A stretch of 64,000 bases of DNA from Phallusia mammillata. Its lineage: Eukaryota. The translations under genes and the position numbers were made by a program. The stretch is taken from assembly GCA_965637545.1 (NCBI GenBank), contig OZ281499.1, positions 806,001 through 870,000 of the forward strand, written 5' to 3'. Shown piece by piece: positions 1 through 12,988 of this stretch. The notes beneath the pieces were generated by a model, which was given only the letters and a program-made list of their open reading frames with translations, was not told where the DNA came from and made no database searches. Position 1 is the first letter of the stretch. The number at the start of each line of letters is the position of its first letter.

Positions 1-59
1 TGCTAGTCTTTTCCCTTTTTTCTGTTCTGCCCGGGCGTGTGGCAGACTGCTCTCTGGAT

Positions 60-205
60 AAAAGAGGTAAGGCTCGCGCATAACTGGCTGTCAGCTTCAA
101 TCGGCTAGTACAGACAGGAACTTGGTTTGCTGACTGCTGTGGCAGAGTTTGTGCCAGTTGGTTTTTATACCGCCGCTTTTACCGTGAGGGGATTCACCCG
201 GTAAA
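60..205 (-). promoter_or_regulatory. Putative promoter: TATA box plus kappaB-like motif (copy 1)
   Basis: TATAAA on minus at 164-169; GGGGATTCACCCGGTAA at 188-204, identical to 31140-31156. Confidence 0.45.
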
Positions 206-595
206 GAACTGTGGTTGAAAGGTGCCCTGGTATAAAGAAAAAAACAAAGAATACCAATAAGACGGTGTTGAAACATTCAGAAAAAGTAATGATGGAAATT
301 TACAAACCTGCGCAGCACTTGGTGAGGCAGTGCTCAAACTTTTATGTAAAAAATGATGTAATTAATTTTAAAAACAAAACGGCCACGACTGGCTTTTGGA
401 CTGGACAGTTTATAATTGTCGCCTAATGTGCACGCATTATCTCAAGTCGATATTGAAAGTTTCGACGTAGGTAGTATTAGTTTATTGTCGGAAACACAAC
501 ACGTAGTTAAAAAACAAGCGCAGTGAACTATTTCGAGCCTTTTTCGACAAAACTAACGCCAGTAGAAGTGAGTTCGATCTTGCCACGTCCTAAAA

Positions 596-921
596 CAGAG
601 GTGGGCAACCTACGGCCCGCGGGCAGCGTCCAGCCGGCGAGCAACTTTTGAGCGGCCCGCGATTCGTAAGCTTATTTGATTTTGATCGACCGGACGAAAT
701 GTGTGTGGTAATTACCATTTTTGTACTAAAGAGTTGTTACATTAATGTTGATAGTTTTTAGTTTATTACTGAGAATAGACATCGTTGCGTACAAAGTCGA
801 AATCATTGTGTATTTGACTTTGCCTACACTTTTATGTTATTGCATGACCCTCGCTGGGGCCCACCACCACAATATATCACTACATTTTGGCCCGCGCATG
901 CAAAAAGGTTGCCCACCTTCG
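596..921. mobile_element. hAT MITE
   Basis: CAGAGGTGGGCAACC ... GGTTGCCCACCTTCG; TSD 6/8 (TCCTAAAA/TCTTAAAG). Confidence 0.7.
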
Positions 922-1489
922 TCTTAAAGCATAAGCTTTATTGACATTGAAAACTTAATATATTAAGAAGCTGGCCAAACTCTAGCTAAAATGGACAATT
1001 ATGTGTTTCACTGAAAAATACACATGTTGTCTTCGTACGTTTTTTTTTCTTTTTTTGCAAATATTTTCCTCGTTTGGTCAATAAAACGTTTTTCAATCCA
1101 ATTCAAATTTGAACACATTGCAGTTAAGCATCTAAATTTGTGTACTGTAAATTTTAGCCCCAGTTGCCCAAGCAGATTTACCCACAGAACCCCAAAACAT
1201 AACCAGATGTGCGTTATAACGCCGAGGGTAGAGCCAGACATTGGCCGCCTCGCAGGGCCGAGAAATGATCGACCGGTTAGCCCAGCGTTTCTCAACTTTT
1301 TTTCCTGTACCGCCCTTTTTAGTTGTACATAATTAATAAACACCCCCTGAGAACGGATAATAATCAAAACGATTTTGTTTCCCGTACAATATCAATGCCA
1401 TATTTGAAAGATCAATCTTTAAGCTAAATTTTTATCCCCACGGGCCGTATTTAAGCTGTAGAGGTCCCTTTTGTAAAACATGTAAGGCA

Positions 1490-1844
1490 CAGAGTGGCAA
1501 GTCGGGCCGGGTTCCGGCTTAGGTATTTGTCAGAAAACGGGCTCAAAACGGGCTCAAAACGGGCTTGACTTTAAGTTCCGTTTCCGCCACTTTTTAGTAA
1601 CAATTTTCTGGCTTTGATCTAATGCTCATCCTACTCTAAAACGTATTGTTTACCCCATTGTCTACTATTGTTCATTGTGTTTGTCTTTTCTCTTTTTTCT
1701 TTCTCATACTTAAAGCCTAAACGGGCTTCTCAAAAACGTTTCGGGTTCGGGCCGGGCTTCGGGCTTATACTTTCGGGTTCGGGCCGGGCTTCGGGCTTAT
1801 ACTTTCGGGTTTGGGCTCAGATTTCGGGCTCGCTTGCAACTCTG
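1490..1844. mobile_element. hAT MITE with subterminal TTCGGG repeats
   Basis: CAGAGTGGCAAG ... CTTGCAACTCTG; TSD 6/8. Confidence 0.75.
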
Positions 1845-2115
1845 ATAAGGCGAACCAAAGCTAGGTGAAACACAAACGTTTTTTATGTAACAAACAACAA
1901 CTAATTGAAAACACTTTTGAATGCGCGTGTCCCACTATTTGACATTTTTAAAAACGGTCACTTTTATTCTTGAGGATCGAACTTGTACGCCAGCAGTAAA
2001 CAAATCACAAGTTCTATGGTGATGTCAACAAACCTGTTTGTGACTTGCCCGTTACATTATTGTTTAATAAACAAGTAATAAATTCTTAGTACGGTTTTGC
2101 AGTGATTGTCTAACG

Positions 2116-2436
2116 CAGGGGTTCTTAACAGGGGGGTACATGTACCCCTTGGGGGTACGAAGTACCAAAGCAGGGGGTACGACATGCAGTGTGAAATTAT
2201 ACGCTATTTTGTATATGTCTTTGACTGATGTGAATTGACTGATGGTGTGCTGGTAATATTGTTCAACTTAGAAGACTGTTTAAATGCATGCATTCAACAC
2301 CTAAGTTATAAATACACTGAAACTAGTTCCCATTGTTACAATTATATTTACTTCCGTCGGCCATTGTAGACAGGGGGTACGACAAAATTTCATGAAAACT
2401 CAAAGGGTACGAGCGCAAAAAGGTTAAGAAACACTG
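2116..2436. mobile_element. hAT MITE
   Basis: CAGGGGTTCTTAAC ... GTTAAGAAACACTG; perfect TSD GTCTAACG. Confidence 0.9.
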
Positions 2437-3319
2437 GTCTAACGTTTGGCTTTGTCTAACGCTATGCGGCCGAGTACCGAGCATTAAAAATACCGGGTTC
2501 AGGCTTGGTTCGGCCTGATGGTACACTTCAATTACTATTTGCAAATGTTGTTGTTAAAGCGCCGCATTATGACGCGTTGTGATTTACACAAAATGTACTG
2601 TGACATCATATTCGAAAACCCGCAGCAAGACAAAGTACCCTGTACAGTGAATACCTAGTCAAATTTACTTTTACCGGTCACTGGAAGAGATAAATGACTT
2701 TGTCGTTTCGTTTTACCTGCTCCATCTTCTCCCAACGTCACCACAATCGCCCAATTATGCTCCAGCGTCCCCTCAGTGATAGCAAACGCATCCAGGGGAG
2801 CGCTGGCGCCCCGTTAAGAACTACTGGGATAGCCAAACAGCTCTGCGCGATATTAAACAACGGCGGTTCAGGCTAAAGCAAACGTTCTACCATAAAGACT
2901 TTGCGAATGCTGGTTCCATACGTTCAAACAGTCTGACTGACGATGCTATGCTGAAATGTACAGTAATCATAAACTATATTAGGATTGGCAAACGAGGTGC
3001 GTGTTCTGGGACGATATCATCGGTGGTTGTAGGGAATTTCCCGCCTGGTGCAACCGACCAACCGGTATGTGGCGGTTCGTGATTGGCTGAGTCGTTCACT
3101 TTTGTGGCGTTACCGACGCGTACAAGCCCAGCCATGCATGATGAAAGTTCCGCTTTTCAGAGCTACAGTCTGCTTCCTGCTGCCTTCCCGACATACAGCA
3201 GCACTGAAGAAATCTATTTTGCCCATAGACAGTTGTGGATGCCTTAACCTTGAAATTTCTAAAATGATACCGTGGATTGTGTGCTACTGTGCCTCTATGC
3301 TTTCCTCGTCATATCACGT

Positions 3320-3520
3320 TGATTGTATGTTGCGTTTTTCAAAACAATTTCACTGTGAAGAGAAACGTCTATTTTGTAAGACACATATATGGAGATGTAG
3401 ATAGATTAGGTTTTAAGTTACCAGCCAAGGCGACCTATGTGTAGGTAGTCACTTTGAGGGAAATCTACAGCTACACTAGCTTCCCATAGTCACGAACGAC
3501 AACCGCTGTTACGTAAGTTG
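3320..3520. repeat. Diverged about 200-bp direct repeat (second copy about 4470-4680)
   Basis: Shared AAACGTCTATTTTGTAAGACACATA..TGGAGATGTAGATAGATTAGGTTT core; origin unknown. Confidence 0.7.
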
Positions 3521-6500
3521 TAAACAACTGTCATTCATTTATTTACTGCCCGTTTAAACAAAGCACGGCTAGAGGTTACTGTAGGTCAGCATAAATGCAT
3601 TTCAAAACTAGGAAACAGATGTCTGTCCGGCGTTGCAAGTATTCCGGATAGTTTATGTGGGTAGCCATGACATAGGATGTGATATGTATAAATTTGGAAA
3701 GCCACCTTTCTGGTTTGTATTTGCTTTATGCGCCAAATGTAAATCTATGCAAAATTGGTTTGTCGATAATACTGTATCGGCGCCGATCCCCGATGGTTTG
3801 CGCGATATTAGTACTTGACTGACACTTCAGTGATACCTACACAAACGTACTGAAGTTTCGGCAATCAGCAACTTTACCGATGCTTGTTTTGGGCAAATAA
3901 AATGCGACGGTACGGATATCCTATGGTGCAGCTTTTAAGCGTTAAACATTAAAGCAAGCGAAATTAGCAAGTCTCGATCGTTAGGTAACTGCACTAATGC
4001 AGTAAAGTCTGTCAAATGTACAAAACGGACAACATGCTAAAATCTATAAGTGACCAATATGATCAGTTAATATTGGTGGTCAAAAAAGGTTGCGAACTCA
4101 TATTGGTTTGTAACAAGATAAAGCAAACCCTATTGTAAGTGGTAACAAGCGGCGCCGCGTTTAAATTGTAGGGGATTTGTAAGGGGAACTACCAAACGGT
4201 TGTTACCCCACGCTATCCGATATGTGTCAGTTGAGCCGTTTACCGACGCGGGCAAACCCAGACACGCATAAAGTAGCAGTTCTGCTCTCCAGTGCCACCA
4301 TCTGTTTTGTTTTTGTCTGCTGCGCAATGAAGAATTTACTTCTATTTTTGTTACTGAGACTTCTTTAGATGCTGTAAACTAGAAATGTCCCGAATCATAC
4401 AGTAAATTGCAACAGTGCAATTATTGCACGTTGTTTCTCTTTCACAAAGAGAAATAAACTCAAAAGTTCGCGATTGTACGTTGCATCTTTTGAAACAATA
4501 TAATATTCCAGCATTGTGAAAAAACGTCTATTTTGTAAGACACATAAATGGAGATGTAGATAGATTAGGTTTCATGTTAACCAACCTGGATGACCTATAC
4601 ATGTAGGCAGTCACTTTAAGGAAATCAACAGCTGCTAGCTTCCCGTCGTCACGAACGCCAACTGTCGTTACCTGATTGGTTCATTCGGTTGCCAGTTTGT
4701 CACAAAAGAACAAAGTCACACAGGACACAACAACAAAATAGGTTCCTGTTTTCGTGCAGCGATACCTTACGTACTTACACCATTACTATCTTTGCCTTTA
4801 AATACAGCTTATATCTCTGCCCACACACATAAAAAAGTTTTGACTGTGCTGTTTTTTTCGTGATATTGTCAAAGGCTTAACATAAAGTACTAAGTATGTA
4901 AAACTTGCACAGCAACAAACCCACAAACTGCATCAAATGTTTGAATATTGATAGGACAGGCTAGCGCAACCCATGACTGAAATTTAAATGTACTTGGATG
5001 GCATCAACAAATCCATGTAAATTTGGTAATATCTGTCTAACCACGTATGTTGTTAAATTGTCAACGGAAATTACATTCAAAGGCTTCTAAGCAACTTAAG
5101 CCATGATAGTCATACAACTTTAAAACCTGTTCTAAGGCCAGTGTGAATTAAAAAACAGGAAGTAATTGCGTAATGAAACCCCTATAGATAATAGGTTGCA
5201 TCACTGATAAGTATAGGTTTGCTGTTATACATAGCCTCTGCAATGCATTATCTCGGTGTCCTAATTGCAGGAACCAAGGGGCAAAACTTTGAGGTACTTC
5301 ACCTGAAAAGGAATACTGGTGCTTTCAGAGGGGAATACCCTCTTTGTTGCCGGTTTCACCGGCCGGCATTGTTATCCTACCGGCACAATTGTGATGTCAC
5401 CACCAGCGTGGCTTGCTGACGCCACATGCCGCGATGTGATTGGTTCAGACGTAGAAAGCCAAACACGCGTAACAACGAGCCACACACCAAACTTTGGTTC
5501 CGCTTATTTATCGCTCCAATCTGCAATTGCAGACAAACACTTCATCGTTACTATTGTTGCTATTATCACACGTCCTCTCGTGATCTGAAAAGGATCAATA
5601 GTTTCAGTTGCAGATGTTTTAATGTCGAAGTTAAATTTATGAGTTAAATTGGCCACAATTTAGATGTTAAATTTGCCACCGTGCATTTTAAATCCAATTA
5701 CAGTGAAACACAAGATCGATCTCCTCCCAATTTCCCCAAGCACTGGTTTATATCACCCAACCTGTACGTCACGACCACAACTAGTGTAACTTGACATTTT
5801 GCAAAACAAAGTTTCAAACAAAACAAAAACAAAATGTCAAAGGTTTGTTCATTGTCAATAAGCTCAGCGCGCACTTGCCAAACAGTGAGCTGACTTTACC
5901 CGGGACTCCCCCTTTTTTCCTCTGAATGAAATTGGGCATCTCTAGCACTATCTGGTGGTTTACAATTGTCGAATTTTTTGCACACTTTTGTGTTTTAAAT
6001 CAGTTCTTGTCGGTTAGTTAAAAAGTAGAGTCATCGTCGTTGTGTGTGAAATTAACTTGTCTTAAACTGCTGCTCTTAGTACAAAAAAACGTGTACATCG
6101 AGTCAATACAACTACAAATCAGATTGTAGTTAAGAATACTAACACCCAAAGTAAATGTACTGTTGATTTAAATCACGTGTAATCATTTGTGTTTTCCTGA
6201 GCAAGGAACTAAAACGGCATTGCTCCAGCCCATGGAAACCTGATGGGTTGAAACATATTAAACCAATATCGTACAAATAAGGGATATATTAATAACAGTA
6301 AAGCATTAATAGTACGTTAAGCTTTTATCAATTTCCAACTACATTGCACAACAAGGTCGCATAGAGGCCGTGGTGTCAGCTTGACAAAAAAATAACCTTT
6401 TTGAATTTCAGCATACAAGCATTCTATAAAAAGAATGTGAATTTCAGCAGAGCGATCACGAAAGAACAAACGTCAAAGGCTCGTGCACTGTCGGTAACCT

Positions 6501-8091
6501 TCGCATGCTCTTGCCTATATCGGACGCAGCGTTTAAAATTCCCAGGGGTTTCCCCTTACATTCATGTAGGCCTCTCTAGCACCACCTAATTGTTTTGAAA
6601 CATTGTGCATTTTAGCAAAAGTTTGTAGTGTCACAGTCCACAACGATTCTCACATTTATGGACTTAAGCAATGTATTACTTACTTGTCAAATAAATCTGC
6701 TTTTATTTCAATTTATTATTTAACTTATTTTTGTTTTTCGAAAACACGCTATAGCTACTAACGTAAGAACTCACACTATACAGATTGGCACGTAATTTCC
6801 GGCAGTTGGCGAACGCAGTATTTAAATGCAGTTTGTGTAATAAATGTTGACGGTTAGGGCTATTACGGTTGGTTTAAAGGTTTAATAATAATAACAACAA
6901 TAAAATCAACTTAAAAAACTAGGTCTTTTTGTTAAATTTAGTCTCTAATCCAACCCCAGCCTTATTATAAATTTAAACAACTGCACTCTTAACCCAATTT
7001 ATCGGTATTTAACAAACTTAGCTGCACCGGAAAACACGACGTTGTCTGCAAAATATTTCGTGTTAAGTTCAGTTTACGTATTGTAAAAGGTTTGGCCCAT
7101 TGCGGTCTTAATTAGCTGGAAGATCATAAAACACAGGTTATTATTGCAAAGAAACGTAGTACAGTAAAGTGACATCGCAAATTAATGATACCACAACCAC
7201 TACTGCTTTAAATCATTTTTACCTTAAAAAAAGATCAGCATTAAAAAAAACTATAATGTTAATTTGTTGTTATTTTTTTAAATGCGCACAGTTAGGGCTA
7301 TTAGGGTCGGGGTAAGGTATTAGCATTTAAAATTCCCTAAGAATTTTTTTTGAAACATCCTAATCTTACTCCTCTTCAGCTAAATAAATAATTCAGCTTT
7401 TTGCGCCACCTATCAAAAATTAACTAAATGTGAGTCTGCCGTAAAGTGGGGGGTAGAGCTATTAACACAAAAACTCACAGACAGGGCGCTCATTTCGAAA
7501 AGGTGGCGCAACGGAGCATGGGCTTTTACAATGGCAAAAAATTGATGACTCACCAAATTGCTGAGCAATTGCCATAGTAAAGCTCCGTCTACTAGATCCT
7601 TAAGATGATTGATGGGCCACGATTTTTCACACTTCTCTATGTCGACCACATAAGAAAATAGATTGGGAAACGGAGGTTTATTGCAGCACACAAAAAGCAA
7701 CAATATGTACTGCACAGGAAATTAAACATAAACGACGCTGGCAGTAAAGGCACAGAGAGCTAAGTAGAGCCTGCAGACAGTTCACACTGTTTCCACCTAA
7801 AACTGGTTTCAACAGGGCAACTGGCGACGAGGCAATATATGTATTAAAACATGCACGCAGTCAAATAAGATATTTAGCATAAGCAACAAATTAAATAAAT
7901 ACAAAATAAAACATAAGGCAACCTTCATACGATGAGACAGAAGGGCAGGTCAAGTCAAGTCTACAAAACAGCTCAGTGTTAAGTTTTTCGATTAAATCGT
8001 TTTCGATTTAAGTTTTTAGTTTTAGTAACATTGCCTAATTTAACAATTAAACCTTTCAAAAAGGGTTAAGGTAATAGCGAGATATACCTAC

Positions 8092-8693
8092 CTAAATTAT
8101 TTATATCATCGCCTTCAGGGATTCGGATCTGGGTCCCAGTTGTTTCATTATTTCTTTCCAGCACTGCGACAACAACAAGAAACGATCATGTTTTTCATAC
8201 AAATGTGGATTTACCACATGGCATAGATTGATAATACTTTACACTCACTTGGAATCTGAACTCCTAGACAGCCACAGGCGAATGCCTGTAAACCATTGAA
8301 AACACTTGATGCTATTTCTTTCAATGCTGAAAAATAAAGTTGTAAATATAGGAATATCTCAACAAAGGTACGTATTTCGAATCGATTTTGTTATTTGTGA
8401 TGGCATTATCAGGAAAAACATTCTGTAATGTTTCGCAAAATTTAAAGAGCTCTTTTGTTTCATTATTTTTCTCAAAGTCACTAATTTTGCATGTTTTAAA
8501 CATTAATTTTAACAAGATGTTGTCTCCCCGTGGCACACACAAAATAAACGAAAGTTATGTCGCATGTCAAGTTACCTGACGGTATTGCATCACCCATGTT
8601 TCTCACATTCGCGGGTAAAGTTTGCCTGATCTGCAAAATGTTGCCGGTGGCCTCAGCTGTGCTTGAGAGACCTCGTGCATCTTCGGCGTCCAC
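8092..8693 (-). pseudogene. Orphan coding-like exons of an unidentified gene (unit A)
   Basis: AG/GT-bounded exons 8693-8576 (VDAEDARG...GDAIPS, phase 0-1) and 8163-8092 (LERNNETTGTQIRIPEGDDINNL, phase 1-1) join in frame. Confidence 0.5.
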
Positions 8694-9321
8694 CTTAAAC
8701 AGTAGCAGTGCGGAATATCGTGTATTAAAGTTATAAATAAAATAAATACATACGAGCAACCTTATCACGTAATTGCATAAACGTTTTATTTCGTCATCGC
8801 CTCAGTAATTGACCTTTCAAATTTTTTCTATTTAGCATTATCTAACACCTTCTACCTAATTTTTACCTTTTTGTCAATATTATTTCTATATTTGCATGCC
8901 GTTTGCTATTTATTCACATACAATAAAATATTATCACGCTACTAGTCTCTTTTTTAAGACCAAGCCCAGCCAAACAGAAGTTCAAAGAGCGAATAAGTTG
9001 GAAACTATATTCGCCAAAAGATAATTGGCACGGACTAAAGAATGGGTGAGCATCGAGTTAATGGTTAATCCGACTTACACAAATAGCAGAGTAGTAAACG
9101 AAGAACAAGCAGAAGGGTAGTAAACGAACGAATAAAACGATTTGATGAGTTATTATTGACTTTTGGAAAGAGGTAAGAAAACGGAACATGTTTGGCAAAC
9201 AAAAACCACATAAATTTAAAGGCATGTGAGACAATTGTTTAAACAAATGCATTACTTTCAGGCTGTTCCAACTAATTTGTTTTTTGAAAATAAGATTTAT
9301 AGAGAAACCAGTGTACTAAGT

Positions 9322-9555
9322 CAGTGGTCGGCAACCGCCTGTCCGCGGCCCGATATCGTTTCGCGAGGAGTTCGTTACCGAGCCGTATAATTTTTCAGGT
9401 TAAATGCTATAAAACATTTTGCCCATGTATCCCGGGATGAAAAACTTATTTAGGCGTCTTTATAGCTATATATTTGTATTTTTTTGAAGACCGGTCCGCG
9501 ATAAAATTTCACTTTCAAAAACGGTCCGCAGTGCACAATAGGTTGCCGACCCCTG
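9322..9555. mobile_element. hAT MITE (unit A only)
   Basis: CAGTGGTCGGCAACC ... GGTTGCCGACCCCTG; TSD TACTAAGT/TACTAGGT; empty site in unit B near 13905. Confidence 0.9.
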
Positions 9556-10374
9556 TACTAGGTGGTTCAGTTACACACGATTAGTTCTTATAGTTTTGTT
9601 TTTTTGCACATGATATTTTTGCACTGCAACTGGTCTTACCTCTTGCATGTGAGAAGTTGACTGGTGACGAGTGTTATCCGCCATGACAGTATTTGTTTTA
9701 CAAAATACTTAACAGCACCTAAAAATCAGTTTTTGCAAAACAAAAAAGTTTACATTCAAATTGACAATTGATTGCAAACAATTATAGATTGTTAGATAAA
9801 CAACCGATGGCGAATTTTCATATATTGACAGACTTTTTGGTGTTCACAGTTTTTTTTACCTTATTTCGGACTTTTGATACTTTGTGGTTGTTCACAACGT
9901 TGACGATGTTATTTTTCTAATATAGTTCTGTTTTTATTTAAAAGCGACTTGTTTGTTATGTGTAACTACCTTGTTAAAAAGTAGTATTTTAATTCGCTGA
10001 ACGAAAATTAGAAATTTACAAAAAACAAACGAATAAACGTTACATTTTTGTCACATAATCCTTATAGCCCAACCTTTTTTCTAAAGCAAGTGGTTAATTA
10101 TAGGTTTCCTACTTAACTTAGTTAATATTTTAGTGCAGTTACGTTGCTACGATTTGTTTCATCTGATAAATAAAATCAGGTAACAGCCAAGACACATGTT
10201 TGTGGTTGTTTCGATATTTGTTGTCAACTTTCTTCATTATAAAGCTAAAATGCTTTAAACCTGTATGGTTGAAAAAAATATCAATCTCTTTAGCAGACTC
10301 AAAAATTGTGCTGAAAAAAAGCGACGCGTCTCACTGTGTTCTCTCGCGGATGCTTTTTTCTTTTCGACTCGTTT

Positions 10375-10545
10375 AAAGGGGAATCCCCCTTAGGCTCGCG
10401 CATGACTGGCTGTTAGCTTCGAACGGGTGGTACAGACAGGAACTTGGTTTGCTGGCTGCTATGGCAGAGTTTGTGCCAGTTGGTTTTTATACCGCCACCA
10501 TTACCGTGCGGGGATTTACCCGGGGATTTACCCGGGGATACTATG
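10375..10545 (-). promoter_or_regulatory. Putative promoter copy 2
   Basis: GGGGAATCCCC at 10378-10388, TATAAA on minus at 10486-10491, tandem GGGGATTTACCC units at 10510-10540. Confidence 0.45.
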
Positions 10546-11184
10546 TTGCCGGGTATAAAGAAAAAACAAAGAAATTGTTGAAACATTCAGAAAAAGTGAT
10601 GATGGAATTTTTTACAAGCTTACATTAGCCCAGTGTTTCTCAACTTTTTTTCCTGTACCTCCCTTTTTAGGTTTACATAATTTATAAACGCCTCATTAGA
10701 ACTGATAAAGATCAAAACGATTTTATTTCACGTACAATATCAATGTTATAATTGAAAGTCTATTTTTTTAATTTGTATTCCCCTGGTCAGTATTTAAGCC
10801 GACGCTAGACAGAGCACTAACGTTTCAAAGTAACAGCAGAAACTAACTGTGGGGAGAAACTAACTTTTTTCACTGGTTCGCATGGGTCAATCCGTCTGGG
10901 AGCATTTGCAAACAACAAATGACTAGTCATCCAATTATCAGCTGCAGACACAATACCTTCGTCAGTTTACTCAATTAAAACCTCCAATAAAACCGGATCA
11001 AGTGGTCAAGTAGTAGGCCAAAGGCTAAGTAATTACCGTTTTATTCCTGTATTTTTGTATCCCACTTTAGCTTGGTCATTGAGCACAGATGGCAATTGGA
11101 TTACACACATTTCAGTTTTAAAATGTCTATTTAGTAATTTTTTATAAAGCACACACACACATACTTTTACTTCTATATTTCAAT

Positions 11185-11277
11185 ATGTCATCACAAATAG
11201 ACGAATATACTGTTTGGGTTCCGAAACAAACTTCAAAAAAGTACAATGTTATGAGATTTAATGCTGGTGACAGAATC
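11185..11277 (+). pseudogene. GTF2F1: Shorter duplicate of the GTF2F1 fragment
   Basis: MSSQIDEYTVWVPKQTSKKYNVMRFNAGDR, then an about 290-bp deletion relative to the 20075 copy. Confidence 0.8.
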
Positions 11278-11553
11278 AAATCAGTGACCGCCGTCAGTGC
11301 GCAAAATTTCAAGTGGCGAAGAACTGATCCGCCCAAACAACATCTGCAAAACCATCAACGATACAACAAACAAGTTTACAAGTTTATTGCAGCATCAAAC
11401 AAAGCAACAATATGTACTGCACAGGAAAACTAATATAAATTACGCTGGCAGTAAAGGCAAACTATTTCGACCTACAATTGGTTTCATAAGTGCAGTTGGT
11501 GACAGGACAAGATGGGTACAAAAACAGGCACGCAGTCAATTAGGTTTTTAGAG

Positions 11554-11923
11554 CAGTGTTTTTAACATGGGTTCAAACGAAACCCATGGGTTCGGCAACG
11601 TTGAATCAGGGGTTCGATGAAGGTATTTTTGAATACAAATATTCGGCAAACGTTTTAATCAAACTATAGGGGTATCTAGTCGCTAAAAATAGCAATTACT
11701 ATTTGCTGGATGGCAAAACGTTGGAAGTTTGTAGGTTATATTTGACATAACAAGAACACTGTGCGCATTGTTCGTCAAAATAACGAACCTTTGTTGGCAG
11801 CAAAAATGTATGGTCAAAAGCTCAAAATGAGTTAGAAACCTAGGATGTAACTTGTTGGGGTTCGACCAAAGGCTGATTGGTATCATAGTGGTTCGGCCTT
11901 GGTAAAAAGTTTAAGAACCACTG
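11554..11923. mobile_element. hAT MITE (unit B only)
   Basis: CAGTGTTTTTAAC ... TTTAAGAACCACTG; TSD 6/8; absent from the homologous region near 7875. Confidence 0.8.
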
Positions 11924-12189
11924 TTTTAGCAGAAGTAACATATTAAATAAACACAAAAATTAAACATTAAGCAGACTTCATACGTTATCCGATGAGACAC
12001 AAGGACGGGTCAAGTCAGTCAAGTCTACAAAACAGGTCAACGTTAAATTTGCGAGAAAAACAGTTGTTTCGATTGCGAGCAAAGTTTTTTAGTTTGAGTA
12101 ACGTTGCCTAATTCAACATGCGTTTAAATAAAACCTTTTCAGTATAGTATTGTTTTGCAAAAGGTGGGTTTAATTTTAAGTGTACTTAC

Positions 12190-12988
12190 CCAAATTATTT
12201 ATATCATCGCCTTCAGGGATTCGGATCTGGGTCCCAGTTGCTTCATTATTTCTTTCCAGCACTGTGTCAATAAAAAAGCGATCATGTTTTTCATTCAGTC
12301 GTGGTTTTCCACAAGCCATAGATTGATTGATAATAAGTTTAACTCACTTTGTGTACCGAAGCACGAAGCGAACCCCAACCCCTTCAAACTGGTAAAAATC
12401 ACTGATGCAATTCCCCTGGCAGCCACCACTACTAAAAAATAAGATTGTAGTTGTAAGTGTATGAGTATGTGTGGTGTAAATTGGTAAACCACGGGGGAGT
12501 GCTGGATAAACGTACGACGTGTCACGCAGTAAGCGCGTAATCCGGTTCCTGGGCTTGTTTGTATTTAGTTGAATTGTTAATTGTAGTTTCTAAACCTTTA
12601 GGATAATAACGTTCTAACATTGCGCAATATCATTAAGTCCAAAACACGCTGAGTTAAATACAAAGTTTGGAACACAAAATAAATTCATATTTACATCTTT
12701 TACATCCCAGGACTCTCCCGGGGACGCATCCAGATCAGGGTTTTTATGTCTGTATATGGGTCAGGCGCGCCAGACCGTTCGGCCAAGTTCCTGCCCCATA
12801 TTTACATCTTCCATTTTTCAAACTCTTGCAATTGCTCTTTGCGCCACCTACCACTAGTTTGTCTAACCTGATAACATTGTATCACCCACATCACCCTCTG
12901 AGTTCTCAGGCATCGGTAATGTGCGGTCCAAATTGTTGCTAATTGATCCAGCTCCGTCCGAGTGAGTTGGTCCATTTTCGCTCTCCTC
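12190..12988 (-). pseudogene. Orphan coding-like exons of the same family (unit B)
   Basis: Exons 12988-12868 (EESENG...GDTMLS, phase 0-1) and 12261-12190 (72 nt, near-identical to 8163-8092, GTAAGT donor). Confidence 0.5.

Larger units (their letters stand above)
7680..11380. repeat. Tandem segmental duplication, unit A
   Basis: 7680-8250 aligns by eye to 11385-12350; 8710-11375 aligns to 13275-20548 apart from TE insertions and indels. Confidence 0.85.

Noticed and set aside
6850-7320. Telomere-like TTAGGG words
   Set aside because: Only scattered single copies in AT-rich DNA, no array.
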